Origin: an uncultured Oscillospiraceae bacterium
Lineage (GTDB): Bacteria; Bacillota; Clostridia; Oscillospirales; SIG627
Direction: 5' to 3'
Length of the DNA: 64,000 nt
Assembly (NCBI GenBank): GCA_964558655.1
Contig: CAZLEX010000003.1
Coordinates: 4,975-68,974 of the forward strand
Below the pieces are notes generated by a model, which was given only the letters and a program-made list of their open reading frames with translations, did no database searches and was not told where the DNA came from. This document shows positions 1-8,526 of the stretch, piece by piece. The position numbers and the translations under genes were made by a program. Every line of letters begins with the position of its first letter. The stretch's first letter is position 1.

Positions 1-761
1 TAGCCTGACAGGGCATAGCGAAAAACGGGGGAGAGGTAGGCAAAATAGGGCAGTTTGTGACAGATTATTTCGTATAGCGGTGTGTGAAAAGCGTTTCCGG
101 ATACGAGCGATGTGAAAAATATCAAAGCGGCAGGATAAAAAAGCATGGTTGAAAATGTCACGAGAATTGACATGACCGAACCGGACAGGACTGAGGCAAG
201 GAATGCCGTTGCCATAAGCGAAATGTAGAAAAGCAGTATAAAGATAAGCACGGTCGTTTGAGACTGTAAAATTTCCGAAAAAGAGGTCTGCTTCACCGTC
301 GTGCTTGTCCATGCGATGATAAGGGAAATATACCACGAGGGGACAATGGAGACGAAAAAGTAAACAAACGACGAAATCATGTTTGAGAGCAAATGTTCGC
401 ATCGGGTGAGAGGCTGGCTCTCCCAGAAGTCTATGGAATTTCTCTCACGGGAGTAAGAGGTGAGAGATGAGGCGGTGAATACCGCCGCCGCTACCGAAAC
501 AAGCACGGCGAAAATCGCCTGATATCCGTGAAGAGAGGTTACTTTTTTCCAAATGTATTCGCTGTAAGTGAGGTACTGACTGTAACGGTCGGCGTCCACA
601 CTTTCGGAAATATAGAGATTTTCCGCCATCGACACGGGTACCAAAGTGACGAGGAACATAACGATAAAACAGGCGACGAAAGTCAAAACGAGTGCCGAAC
701 GGCTGATTTTAAAATTGTTTTTTATGTTTGTGAAAACTCTTTTCATGCTGAAATTATTCAT
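1..761 (-). CDS. ABC-2-type transporter permease, partial (runs off window start)
   Basis: Absent from the ORF track because it has no stop inside the window. Manual minus-strand translation from ATG at 761 gives MNNFSMKRVFTNIKNNFKISRSALVLTFVACFIVMFLV... with several long hydrophobic segments. It lies last in the GntR-ATPase operon. Confidence 0.6.
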   Translation of the reverse strand, partial: MNNFSMKRVFTNIKNNFKISRSALVLTFVACFIVMFLVTLVPVSMAENLYISESVDADRYSQYLTYSEYIWKKVTSLHGYQAIFAVLVSVAAAVFTASSLTSYSRERNSIDFWESQPLTRCEHLLSNMISSFVYFFVSIVPSWYISLIIAWTSTTVKQTSFSEILQSQTTVLIFILLFYISLMATAFLASVLSGSVMSILVTFSTMLFYPAALIFFTSLVSGNAFHTPLYEIICHKLPYFAYLSPVFRYALSG

Positions 762-764
762 GGT

Positions 765-887
765 TTAATCCTTTCCTCCGAACTGTCTGCCGATTTTTAA
801 GAGTATGGCGGCGAAAAACGCGACCAATGTTACGGCGAGTGCAAAACGGCTGATTTTGAAATTGCTTTTTGTGCCGTGAGTATTCAT
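765..887 (-). CDS. 40-aa micro-ORF created by a junction duplication (permease-like N-terminus fused to an ATPase-like C-terminal tail)
   Basis: Manual translation: MNTHGTKSNFKISRFALAVTLVAFFAAILLKIGRQFGGKD. The NFKISR+TM part mirrors the permease N-terminus, and FGGKD-stop mirrors the ATPase C-terminus. Below the ORF-track size cutoff. Confidence 0.3.
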   Translation of the reverse strand: MNTHGTKSNFKISRFALAVTLVAFFAAILLKIGRQFGGKD

Positions 888-890
888 AAT

Positions 891-1790
891 TCAATCCTTT
901 CCTCCGAAAGATTTGTCCACTTCCAGAGAGAAAACCTCTTCAAGCGTTAAGGGGACGCTTTCCAGATATAAAATGCGGTTGCCCTCAAATGTTTGCGTAA
1001 GAATTTTTTCCGCTTCTTCGCGGGATTTGTCCGAAACGAAACTCAAAAGTTTTCCGCTCTTTTTGGCGTCGGAGAAGAAGGGGGAGATAAGCTCCGCTTC
1101 AAAATCGTTTTCAAAAGCCGCCTGATACTTGAGCCTTTCGGTTACGGCGGCGTCAATGCTTCGGTTAAAGACGAGACGCCCTCGGTCGATAAGTGCGACG
1201 GAATCGCAAATGCTCTCTATTTCGGCAAGATTGTGAGAGGAAAAGATAACGGTCGCATTCGTCTCGGCAACGGTTTCGGCAATAATACGCCTTGCCGTCT
1301 CTCTTGCAATCGGATCGAGTCCGTCGAAAGTTTCGTCGAAAAACAGGTAACGGGTAGAGCAGGACAGTGCCAAAATCACCTCTCCCTGCCGCCGCATACC
1401 CTTTGAGAAAGTCGAAGTTTTTCGCATGGGATCAAGGTGCAGTGTGTCACAGAGGGAGAGGAAACGGCTTTTGGAAAAATTCTCACGCATGGAGGATATC
1501 ATATTCGCCATATCGTTCAGGGTAAAGCTCTGAGGAAAATATCCCTCGTCGGATACGAAAGAAATATGCTTTTTGACAGAGATGTTCTCGAAAATTTCCT
1601 GTCCGTCGATATAAACGCTTCCGCTGTCCTGCCTCATTATTCCCGACAGTATGCGTAAAAGAGTTGATTTTCCGGCACCGTTCGTTCCCACAAGTCCCAA
1701 GACCTGACCTTTTTCAACCGTGAAAGAGACACGGTCAAGAGACAAAACGCCGTTGTCGTATTTTTTTGATACATTTTCTACTGAAATCAC
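891..1790 (-). CDS. ABC transporter ATP-binding protein
   Basis: Walker A GTNGAGKST, signature-like FSKGMRRQ, Walker B YLFFDETFDGLD. The start overlaps the GntR stop. Confidence 0.9.
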   Translation of the reverse strand: MISVENVSKKYDNGVLSLDRVSFTVEKGQVLGLVGTNGAGKSTLLRILSGIMRQDSGSVYIDGQEIFENISVKKHISFVSDEGYFPQSFTLNDMANMISSMRENFSKSRFLSLCDTLHLDPMRKTSTFSKGMRRQGEVILALSCSTRYLFFDETFDGLDPIARETARRIIAETVAETNATVIFSSHNLAEIESICDSVALIDRGRLVFNRSIDAAVTERLKYQAAFENDFEAELISPFFSDAKKSGKLLSFVSDKSREEAEKILTQTFEGNRILYLESVPLTLEEVFSLEVDKSFGGKD

Positions 1791-2152
1791 TTGTTATACT
1801 CCTTTTCGATTATTTCTTCGAGACGGTGTCGTTCCACTCCCGCCTCACGCACGAGGTTTAACGCTCTGATAAATTCCTCGATTCTTTTCAACTGTTCGGC
1901 AATCAGAGGTCCCTCGTTTTTTTCGGCAACGAAGCACCCTTTTCCCGCAACGGTATAGATAAAGCCTTCGCTTTCCAGCACCGACATCGAACGCTGAATG
2001 GTGTTCGGATTTACGCCGAGTTCTCCCGCAAGAGCTCTTACCGACGGAAGTTTGTCTCCCGGCTGAAGAATACCGGTGAGTATTTGCTTTTTAAAAGCGT
2101 CACAGAGCTGTTCCCATATGGGAGAGGCACTTTTAAAGTTGAGTATTATCAT
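1787..2152 (-). CDS. GntR-family transcriptional regulator, YtrA-like short subfamily
   Basis: 121 aa with the wHTH motif LPSVRALAGELGVNPNTIQRSMSVLESEGFIY. First gene of an operon with the ABC ATPase and permease. Confidence 0.85.
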   Translation of the reverse strand: MIILNFKSASPIWEQLCDAFKKQILTGILQPGDKLPSVRALAGELGVNPNTIQRSMSVLESEGFIYTVAGKGCFVAEKNEGPLIAEQLKRIEEFIRALNLVREAGVERHRLEEIIEKEYNK

Positions 2153-2216
2153 TATTACTCCTTTTTAGTGTATTAACCGTATTAGTACAGTTACATAATA
2201 TCACGCACTTTCCGTT

Positions 2217-2246
2217 TTGTCAATATGTTTTTTAAAAAAATATAAA
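2217..2246 (+). promoter_or_regulatory. Candidate sigma-A-type promoter (TTGTCA-18 nt-TATAAA)
   Basis: Hexamers read directly at 2217-2222 and 2241-2246 in the divergent intergenic region upstream of the island. Confidence 0.3.
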
Positions 2247-2269
2247 AAAGTTTCGTCATACCCGCGTCA

Positions 2270-2299
2270 TTGTATGTCATGCTTAGGGTGTGATAGAAT
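2270..2299 (+). promoter_or_regulatory. Candidate extended -10 promoter for the phage-like island (TTGTAT ... TGaTAGAAT)
   Basis: TG at 2291-2292 and TAGAAT at 2294-2299, with a -35-like TTGTAT at 2270-2275. About 65 nt upstream of the first island ORF. Confidence 0.35.
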
Positions 2300-2365
2300 T
2301 CGGGTGTCAGAAATCATGGTGCGGGAAACGGCACCGCACAGTGAGTAAAATGGGAGGTGATATAC

Positions 2366-2527
2366 ATGATTTTTGATATATGTGTTTTGCTCATCGGCGT
2401 ATCGGCACTTGCGGCGGTGACATATTTTTCCTACGCTGTCGGCAAAAAAAGCGTCGGTAGCGACAGCGAAGAAAAATGGAAAGAAATAATCGATTACAGC
2501 CCGTCGGGGCGGGAGGATAAAAAATGA
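2366..2527 (+). CDS. 53-aa single-pass membrane protein (holin-like topology), first gene of island
   Basis: Manual translation: MIFDICVLLIGVSALAAVTYFSYAVGKKSVGSDSEEKWKEIIDYSPSGREDKK. RBS GGGAGGTGA at 2352-2360. Its stop overlaps the portal ATG (ATGA at 2524). Below the ORF-track cutoff. Confidence 0.45.
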   Translation: MIFDICVLLIGVSALAAVTYFSYAVGKKSVGSDSEEKWKEIIDYSPSGREDKK

Positions 2528-4092
2528 AGTCCGGAGAAAAAAAACAAACGCCCGACTGGGAGCTTCTCGAAAAGGGACGGGAATACAACCGCTCGCTCGG
2601 ATTTTACGAAACCGTCGACCGCAACGAACGCTTTTGGAGAGGAGACCAGTGGAACGGCATAAAGGGGAAAGGGCTTCCGACTCCCGTTTTCAACATTTTC
2701 AAGCGTGTCGTGGGGTACTTCGTTTCAAACCTGATGTCCTCCAAGATAAGCCTGAAAATCGACGCCGAAGGAATAGGTGCGATAGTGAAAAAGAATGTGC
2801 GGGAGGAACTCGACACCGCATGTTCGACTCTCACCTCCTATCTCAACTACCGCTTTGAAAAAGACAATATATCTTCTCTCCTTTACGACGGAGTGAAAGA
2901 CGCCGCACTTTCGGGGGATATGTTTCTTTATGTATGGTGGGACGGCGAGAAAAACACTTCTCAGAGTTACAAAGGGGATTTCTCCACAAAACTTCTGGAC
3001 GGAACCAATGTATTTTTCGGAGATGTGAACACGCCCGATGTGCAAAGTCAGCCCTACATAATCATTTCGGGCAGGGAGCTTGTCGAAAGACTGCGTGAGG
3101 AGGCTGAGAAAAACGGAGTTGACGAGCGTGACATTCGGAAAATCGTTCCCGACGCCGACAGTCTCTGGGAAGCGGGAGACGAGGGCAAGAGAGAACTTAC
3201 GGGTACGAAAACGGGCTTTATCATAAAGCTCTGGCGTGAAAACGGTACGGTTCATTACCGCAAAAGTACGAAAAACTGTACCGTCACGAAAGATATCGAC
3301 ACACATCTTTCCCTTTACCCGATAGTGCTCATGAATTGGGACAGAACGAAAAATTCCTATCACGGTACAAGCGTTGCAAGCTCGCTCATCGAAAATCAGG
3401 TTTACATCAACAAGGCTTTCGCAATGGTCATGAAACACATGATAAATGTTTCCTTCTCCAAAGTCGTATACAACGCCAACTTAATTGACGAGTGGACAAA
3501 CGGAGTAGGCGAGGCGATTGCAGTAAACGGACCTGTCGACAATGTTGCCGCAACTCTTGATCCGGGAGCAATGCAGCCGGGATTTTTAGATGTCATCAAC
3601 ATGACTATGAGCATGACGAGGGAGCTTATGGGTGCGACCGACGCGGCTCTGGGCAATGTCGAGGCGACCAACACTTCGGCGATAATCGCACTTCAGGAAT
3701 CCTCAGCCGTTCCCCTTCAGATTCAAAAGAGAGCACTCTACACCGCCGTTGAACAGCTTGCACTCATTTGGATTGATTATATTCTTCATTATTATGACGG
3801 ATACCGAATGATGATATGGCGGGAAAAGGAGGGATTGCGTTCGGGAAAACTTCCTCTTTCTTCTTTGAGCGACGCGGTCTTTTCCTGCAATGTAAGTGCG
3901 GGAATGTCGAGTTACTGGAGCGAGGTTGCAAGCTGTGCGACGCTCGATACGCTTTTGAAAAACGGTCTTATAACTCTTGAACAGTATCTTGAGAGAATAC
4001 CCGACGGATATATAAGCCGCCGAGAAGAACTTCTTGAGGACTGCAAAAGAGCGTCGGGAGGTGTAAAGTATGACGGGCAGAGAGGCGTATAA
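2524..4092 (+). CDS. Phage portal protein
   Basis: 522 aa with the N-terminal ERFWRGDQW motif typical of SPP1-Gp6-type portals. It sits at the head of a scaffold/capsid module. Confidence 0.8.
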   Translation: MKSGEKKQTPDWELLEKGREYNRSLGFYETVDRNERFWRGDQWNGIKGKGLPTPVFNIFKRVVGYFVSNLMSSKISLKIDAEGIGAIVKKNVREELDTACSTLTSYLNYRFEKDNISSLLYDGVKDAALSGDMFLYVWWDGEKNTSQSYKGDFSTKLLDGTNVFFGDVNTPDVQSQPYIIISGRELVERLREEAEKNGVDERDIRKIVPDADSLWEAGDEGKRELTGTKTGFIIKLWRENGTVHYRKSTKNCTVTKDIDTHLSLYPIVLMNWDRTKNSYHGTSVASSLIENQVYINKAFAMVMKHMINVSFSKVVYNANLIDEWTNGVGEAIAVNGPVDNVAATLDPGAMQPGFLDVINMTMSMTRELMGATDAALGNVEATNTSAIIALQESSAVPLQIQKRALYTAVEQLALIWIDYILHYYDGYRMMIWREKEGLRSGKLPLSSLSDAVFSCNVSAGMSSYWSEVASCATLDTLLKNGLITLEQYLERIPDGYISRREELLEDCKRASGGVKYDGQRGV

Positions 4093-4480
4093 TGCTTCGC
4101 TTGCACTTATAAACGAAAGGGACAGTCGGGGAGAATCACGGGAAGATATTCTCGATTATGAAAAAAACGCTCCCGAACTGCTCAATCTCATTGTGGCGGG
4201 ATTATGGTCACAAGACTGTCTTGTACGGGGAATGTCCCCTCACAGTCGCTGTTATCCTCCCGAAAAGATTTCCTCTCTTGACGATGACCTCCCGCTTCAC
4301 GAAGCGGTGTGTACGCTTGTGCCGTATATTTTGGCGTCCATGCTCATTCGTGAAGAGGACAGCAGCCGTGCCGAGTATTTCGACGGGCTGTTCAGGCGTG
4401 CCGAAAGCACTTTAAAATCGGCGTTTGCACGGGCTGAAAGGCAGTGCATACGGGATATTTATTCTGAGGAGGGAAGGTAA
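4070..4480 (+). CDS. Hypothetical phage-module protein (136 aa)
   Basis: RBS GGAGGTG precedes the ATG. It overlaps the portal 3' end by 23 nt and the next gene by TAATG. No recognisable motif. Confidence 0.5.
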   Translation: MTGREAYNASLALINERDSRGESREDILDYEKNAPELLNLIVAGLWSQDCLVRGMSPHSRCYPPEKISSLDDDLPLHEAVCTLVPYILASMLIREEDSSRAEYFDGLFRRAESTLKSAFARAERQCIRDIYSEEGR

Positions 4481-6231
4481 TGCCGAAATCGTTTTCGTTT
4501 ACGCTGGACAAGTTTTACGGGATTGATTACAGGGCTGAAAACGCAGACAGTGTACTGTACAGCCCGGACACCGTGAATTTTCGCATAACCGATTCTTACA
4601 AGCTGAAAAAGCGTGACGGATATGCGGTGATTTTTCCTCATTCTTCGGCGGGACGGGGAATAATTTCCTGCCGTATCAATTCATGCGAGAGCGTTTTTTA
4701 CTGTGTCGGAAAGAATGTGTATTGCATGAGAGACGGGGAAGAAAGCGAAATAGGCACGCTCGACAGCGATGAGGGCGATGTGACTTTTCTTCCGTTTTCA
4801 AACAGGCTTTACATTTTCGACGGCGTTAAAATCAAGGTGTACGACGGAGAAAATTTCGGTGAACTTGAACCCTACCGCCCGCTGATAGCGGTCTCCACAA
4901 CGCCGGACGGGGCGGGAGTTGCCTACGAGGAGAAAAATCTTCTCACGGGGAAAATGCGTCAGAGTTTTACCATGAACGGCACCGGAGTTACTCTAAAACT
5001 TGCCCTTGAAAAAATCGACAGCGTCGATTATGTAAAAATAGGAGATGAAACCGTTGAGAAAAACCTATACACCGTAAACCTTGAAAAAGGAAGTGTAACG
5101 CTGGAAAGTAAATGGCGTGATTACGAAGTGATAGACGGGATAGAAATAGGTTTTTCAAAGAGCGACGGACAGGAGGGAGATATCCACCGAATGAGGTACG
5201 GCGTGCTTTACGGCGGAGAAAACGACACCCATGTCTTTCTCTACGGAGACCGAAGCGACCCTTCGCTTATAAGGTATTCGGGGGTGAGCGGCGGGTGTGC
5301 GATGATGGAATATTTTCCGGAAAACTCCTTTAACCGAGTAGGCACGAAAAGTGGGGTTACATCTATTGTACGGCACTACGACAGGCTGGTAATTTTCTGT
5401 GAGGGAGAGGCGTTTTACGCTTATACCGAAGAAAGCACCGGCATTGACGGCAAAACACGGAAAATTTTTCCTCAACGCCCTCTTTCAAACGCCGTTGGGT
5501 GCTGTGTGCCGGGATTTGCTCCGCTTGTTGATTCTTCCCCCGTGACTTTCGACAGAGGCACGCTTTTTCGCTGGCGTGAGACATCGGTGCGTGACGAGAG
5601 ATATGCCGAAGATATCGGCGGGCGTATAAAGGCGGGGCTTGCCGAATGGAAGTCGGAGAATATACGCTGTTTCGACAACTTTTCTTCTCACGAGCTCTAT
5701 GTGTATCACGGAAACGAAATTTTCCTGTACAACTACCGCCTGGACACCTTTTGCTTCTGGCGTGGAATTTCCGCCTGCGGTTTTGCACTGACGGAGGAGG
5801 GGAAACTCTTCTTTCTGAGAGAGGACGGTTCGCTTTGCCTGTTTTCCGCGTCGGAATATGACGATACAGAGCCGATTGAGGCGTATTGGACAAGCGGATA
5901 TATGAACATTGCCGACGGAGTGAAAAATCTGTATCGGGTAAAACTCGTAACCCGTCCCGATGTAAGAACGCGGACAGACCTTTTCTGGTACTCAGAACAC
6001 GCCTGTGAGGGCAGGAAAAGCTTTTCGGACAATTACCGCCGTTTTGCTTTTTCTTCACTCGACTTTTCCTCTTTGGGATTTATGACGAGCCTGTCGCCCG
6101 TGAAAATGAGCTATCGGCTCAGGCATAAGCGTTTTGAGAGAATAAAGCTGAAGATATCCTGCGACTCTCCCGGTGCGTCACTGCACCTGCTCTCACTTTG
6201 CCTTGAGGGTGCGGTGACCGGAAAAAAATAA
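4480..6231 (+). CDS. Hypothetical large virion-module protein (583 aa); function unknown
   Basis: Translationally coupled to the preceding ORF. It occupies the slot between the portal and scaffold genes, has no Walker A and no TM, and looks beta-strand-rich. Confidence 0.55.
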   Translation: MPKSFSFTLDKFYGIDYRAENADSVLYSPDTVNFRITDSYKLKKRDGYAVIFPHSSAGRGIISCRINSCESVFYCVGKNVYCMRDGEESEIGTLDSDEGDVTFLPFSNRLYIFDGVKIKVYDGENFGELEPYRPLIAVSTTPDGAGVAYEEKNLLTGKMRQSFTMNGTGVTLKLALEKIDSVDYVKIGDETVEKNLYTVNLEKGSVTLESKWRDYEVIDGIEIGFSKSDGQEGDIHRMRYGVLYGGENDTHVFLYGDRSDPSLIRYSGVSGGCAMMEYFPENSFNRVGTKSGVTSIVRHYDRLVIFCEGEAFYAYTEESTGIDGKTRKIFPQRPLSNAVGCCVPGFAPLVDSSPVTFDRGTLFRWRETSVRDERYAEDIGGRIKAGLAEWKSENIRCFDNFSSHELYVYHGNEIFLYNYRLDTFCFWRGISACGFALTEEGKLFFLREDGSLCLFSASEYDDTEPIEAYWTSGYMNIADGVKNLYRVKLVTRPDVRTRTDLFWYSEHACEGRKSFSDNYRRFAFSSLDFSSLGFMTSLSPVKMSYRLRHKRFERIKLKISCDSPGASLHLLSLCLEGAVTGKK

Positions 6232-6258
6232 CGAAGCTTTGCTTCTGAAAGGATTTTT

Positions 6259-6681
6259 ATGAACAAAAGAACCGAAGAATTAATCGACGAAATAGGAGTT
6301 TCGGCGGGTAAAGACGAGCTTCGCGAGCTTGAAAATTTCAGACACGAAGCGAAAATCCGCGAAAATCTCGCACTTGAACTTGAGGAGTTTTCCACGCTTT
6401 TCGAAGACGTGAAAATCGACGATATTCCCGATGAGGTTTGGGAGGAGTGTCCCGACGGACGCGGACTTTGTGCGTGGTACGCACTCTTTCTCCGCCGCCG
6501 TGAGCGTGACGAGGGGTGTGCCGAAACTCAGAACGCCCGAAATTCAAACTCTGCCGTACCCGATGTAAAAAGCATTGCCGGCGAAATTTATTTCACACCC
6601 GAAGCGGTGCAGGCAATGTCGGAAGATGAAATCGGCAGGAATTACGGGGCTATTTTGGAATCCATGAAAAAGTGGAAATAA
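6259..6681 (+). CDS. Scaffold-like acidic helical protein (140 aa)
   Basis: Highly acidic, helix-prone sequence immediately 5' of the capsid gene. Assigned by position only. Confidence 0.45.
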   Translation: MNKRTEELIDEIGVSAGKDELRELENFRHEAKIRENLALELEEFSTLFEDVKIDDIPDEVWEECPDGRGLCAWYALFLRRRERDEGCAETQNARNSNSAVPDVKSIAGEIYFTPEAVQAMSEDEIGRNYGAILESMKKWK

Positions 6682-6704
6682 ACAGTGTGAAAGGATAAAA
6701 AATT

Positions 6705-7526
6705 ATGGCTATTACAAACTTTATTCCGAGTGTATGGAGCAAAGCTCTTTACGACGAACTCGCAAAAAATTATGTTGCCGTCAAACTTTCAAACCGTGAA
6801 TTTGAAGGCGAAATCAAAAGTCAGGGAGACAGAGTTAAAATCAACGGGCTGGGACCGGTCACCGTATTCAATTATACGAAAAACACCAATATGCCCGCTC
6901 CGGAAGTGCTTTCGGATAACACCCGCACTCTTGTCATAGATCAGGCAAAAGGCTTTAACTTCTGCATTGACGCCATCGACGATGTGCAATCCTCTCCCGA
7001 CCTCATTCATGCGTCCATGAAAAAAGCCGCCGACGCCTTGAGCGATGTTGCCGACAAGTACGTTTATTCCCTTACCGACAGCGAGGTCGAGTGTGTGGAA
7101 AACAAGTCGGCAGACAGCGAGAACATTCTCAAAACCATTTCCGACGCAAGAAGAATTCTCATGGAACACAATGTTTCCAACTCGACGCCGATATCGCTCG
7201 AAGTACCGCCTGCCGTAGAACAGCTCCTGGTGCTTGCAAAGGTACTCCGCGATACCGATAACAGCCGTGATTTTTCAAACGGCTATATAGGAAAGCTCAT
7301 GGGATTTGATATTTATGTCACCAATAATATCGTCCCCGACGGAGAAGGAGTTTACAAGTGCGTTGCCCGTACCGAGCGTGCGGTAGCCTTTGCACAGCAG
7401 ATAAATTCAATCAAGCCTTACGAGCCCGAACAGCGTCACGGAACGGCGGTAAAGGGACTTCACCTTTACGGTGCGAAAATCGTTTATCCCAAAGAGATGG
7501 TATTTCTCAATCTTACACTTGCTTAA
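6705..7526 (+). CDS. Major capsid protein, HK97-fold/P22-coat-like, unusually small (273 aa)
   Basis: N-terminus AITNFIPSVWSKALYDEL...EGEIKSQGDRVKINGLG matches the pattern I recognise from small phage capsid proteins. It follows the scaffold-like gene. Confidence 0.75.
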   Translation: MAITNFIPSVWSKALYDELAKNYVAVKLSNREFEGEIKSQGDRVKINGLGPVTVFNYTKNTNMPAPEVLSDNTRTLVIDQAKGFNFCIDAIDDVQSSPDLIHASMKKAADALSDVADKYVYSLTDSEVECVENKSADSENILKTISDARRILMEHNVSNSTPISLEVPPAVEQLLVLAKVLRDTDNSRDFSNGYIGKLMGFDIYVTNNIVPDGEGVYKCVARTERAVAFAQQINSIKPYEPEQRHGTAVKGLHLYGAKIVYPKEMVFLNLTLA

Positions 7527-7535
7527 AGGAATTAA

Positions 7536-7557
7536 GTCCTGCCCTTCGGGGCAGGGC
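7536..7557 (+). promoter_or_regulatory. Stable 9-bp stem with UUCG tetraloop directly after the capsid stop codon
   Basis: GTCCTGCCC-TTCG-GGGCAGGGC read directly. No U-tract follows, and the RBS of the next gene starts about 5 nt later. Confidence 0.5.
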
Positions 7558-7574
7558 ACAAAAGGAGAAGCTTT

Positions 7575-8525
7575 ATGAAAATCACAAAATTTGACGCAGA
7601 TGTTTCAAATGTGTCGCAGCTCCCCGATATTCCCACTATTGAAAACGGTTACACCTCCGATGTGCTGAAAAAGACATTCGACCGTGCGGGTGAAACGATA
7701 AAAGAGTACATAAACGGCGTACTTATCGAAGAGCTTTGCGGAGGAGAAGGAGCTTTGAAAATCGGCTCGGGTTATATAGAAACGGTAGAAGGAGACAGCG
7801 TTCAGGAAAAGCTGGAAACGGTAGGCAGAAAACTTTCCGAGCTTGCGGGAGGTTCCATTCCCGACGGCACGGTGACGCCCGAAAAGTTTGTCGAATCCGT
7901 TCGTCTCTTTATGACGGAAGGCGGTATTCACGCTCTCTCTTATTCTGAGGCGGGCGAATATGTGTTTGTACCGTCAAAAAGCGGAAATCATAAAATAAAA
8001 GTGCAGGGTGCGGGAGGCGGCGGAAGCGTTGCCGGAAACAGACGCTGTTCTTACGGGGGCGGTTCGGGAGCCTATACCGAAGCGTACATACGGCTTGAAA
8101 AGGGGAAGGAATATAAACTCACCGTCGGAGCCGGAGGAGCGGGGCTTTCTGTGACCGATGAGAAAAAAATGCTCTCCGATGCCGAAGAGGGCGGCGAAAG
8201 TGCCTTTTTTGACGGTGAAAACAAACTTGTATGGGCAGAGGGCGGAAAAATCAAAAATCACGCTGACGGCGAAGCTGCGGCAGGAGGCGGAATTTTCGGA
8301 AGAAGCGGTGCTTATCCGCTCTTTTCGGGGTTAAGCTCTCTTGATGATTCCTGCTTTGCGATAGGTGCACCGTCGGCACTCTCTCCCGGAGTTTACAGTG
8401 CCGAAGTCTCTGCCGGAAGCGGTGCGGGAGGCTGGGGATCGTATATGGATATTACCGACGGCACTTACATTCCCGGAACAAAAGGCGGAGACGGCTTAAT
8501 AATAATAGAATGGCTGGAGGGATAG
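7575..8525 (+). CDS. Fibre-like protein with C-terminal glycine-rich domain
   Basis: The N-terminus KFDADVSNVSQLPDIP...TFDRAGETIKEYINGVLIEEL resembles Firmicute phage fibre N-termini. The C-terminal half carries GAGGGGS/GGGSGAY/GAGGAG runs and ends GGDGLIIIEW. Confidence 0.7.
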   Translation: MKITKFDADVSNVSQLPDIPTIENGYTSDVLKKTFDRAGETIKEYINGVLIEELCGGEGALKIGSGYIETVEGDSVQEKLETVGRKLSELAGGSIPDGTVTPEKFVESVRLFMTEGGIHALSYSEAGEYVFVPSKSGNHKIKVQGAGGGGSVAGNRRCSYGGGSGAYTEAYIRLEKGKEYKLTVGAGGAGLSVTDEKKMLSDAEEGGESAFFDGENKLVWAEGGKIKNHADGEAAAGGGIFGRSGAYPLFSGLSSLDDSCFAIGAPSALSPGVYSAEVSAGSGAGGWGSYMDITDGTYIPGTKGGDGLIIIEWLEG

Positions 8526-8526
8526 A

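Noticed and set aside
528-800. 90-aa plus-strand ORF at the window start
   Set aside because: It is antisense to the ABC-2 permease frame, which runs uninterrupted from 761 to the window edge and fits the operon.
2285-2292. Shared 8-mer AGGGTGTG at 2285-2292 and 10063-10070, considered as att-like direct repeats flanking the island
   Set aside because: It is only 8 nt. A chance match between two spacers of about 100-200 nt is quite likely, and the right copy is simply part of the terminator stem.
2537-2544. A8 homopolymer in codons 5-7 of the portal gene, considered as a phase-variation slip site
   Set aside because: A-runs of similar length occur in ordinary genes across the window (for example about 54645), and there is no evidence of frame-restoring alternatives.
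2725-3438. 237-aa minus-strand ORF inside the portal gene (similarly 3402-3674 and 3912-4106)
   Set aside because: It is antisense shadow of a strongly supported coding frame. It has no RBS, and its composition is typical of reverse-frame translation.
5363-6058. 231-aa minus-strand ORF rich in R/S/K/P (and the overlapping 5472-5709 and 5733-6032 ORFs)
   Set aside because: It lies antisense to the 583-aa gene and is a low-complexity basic sequence typical of non-coding frames.
7990-8480. Repetitive GGC/GGA/GCG-rich DNA, considered as a repeat array or CRISPR-like structure
   Set aside because: It is the coding sequence of the glycine-rich fibre domain. There are no regularly spaced identical repeats or spacers.
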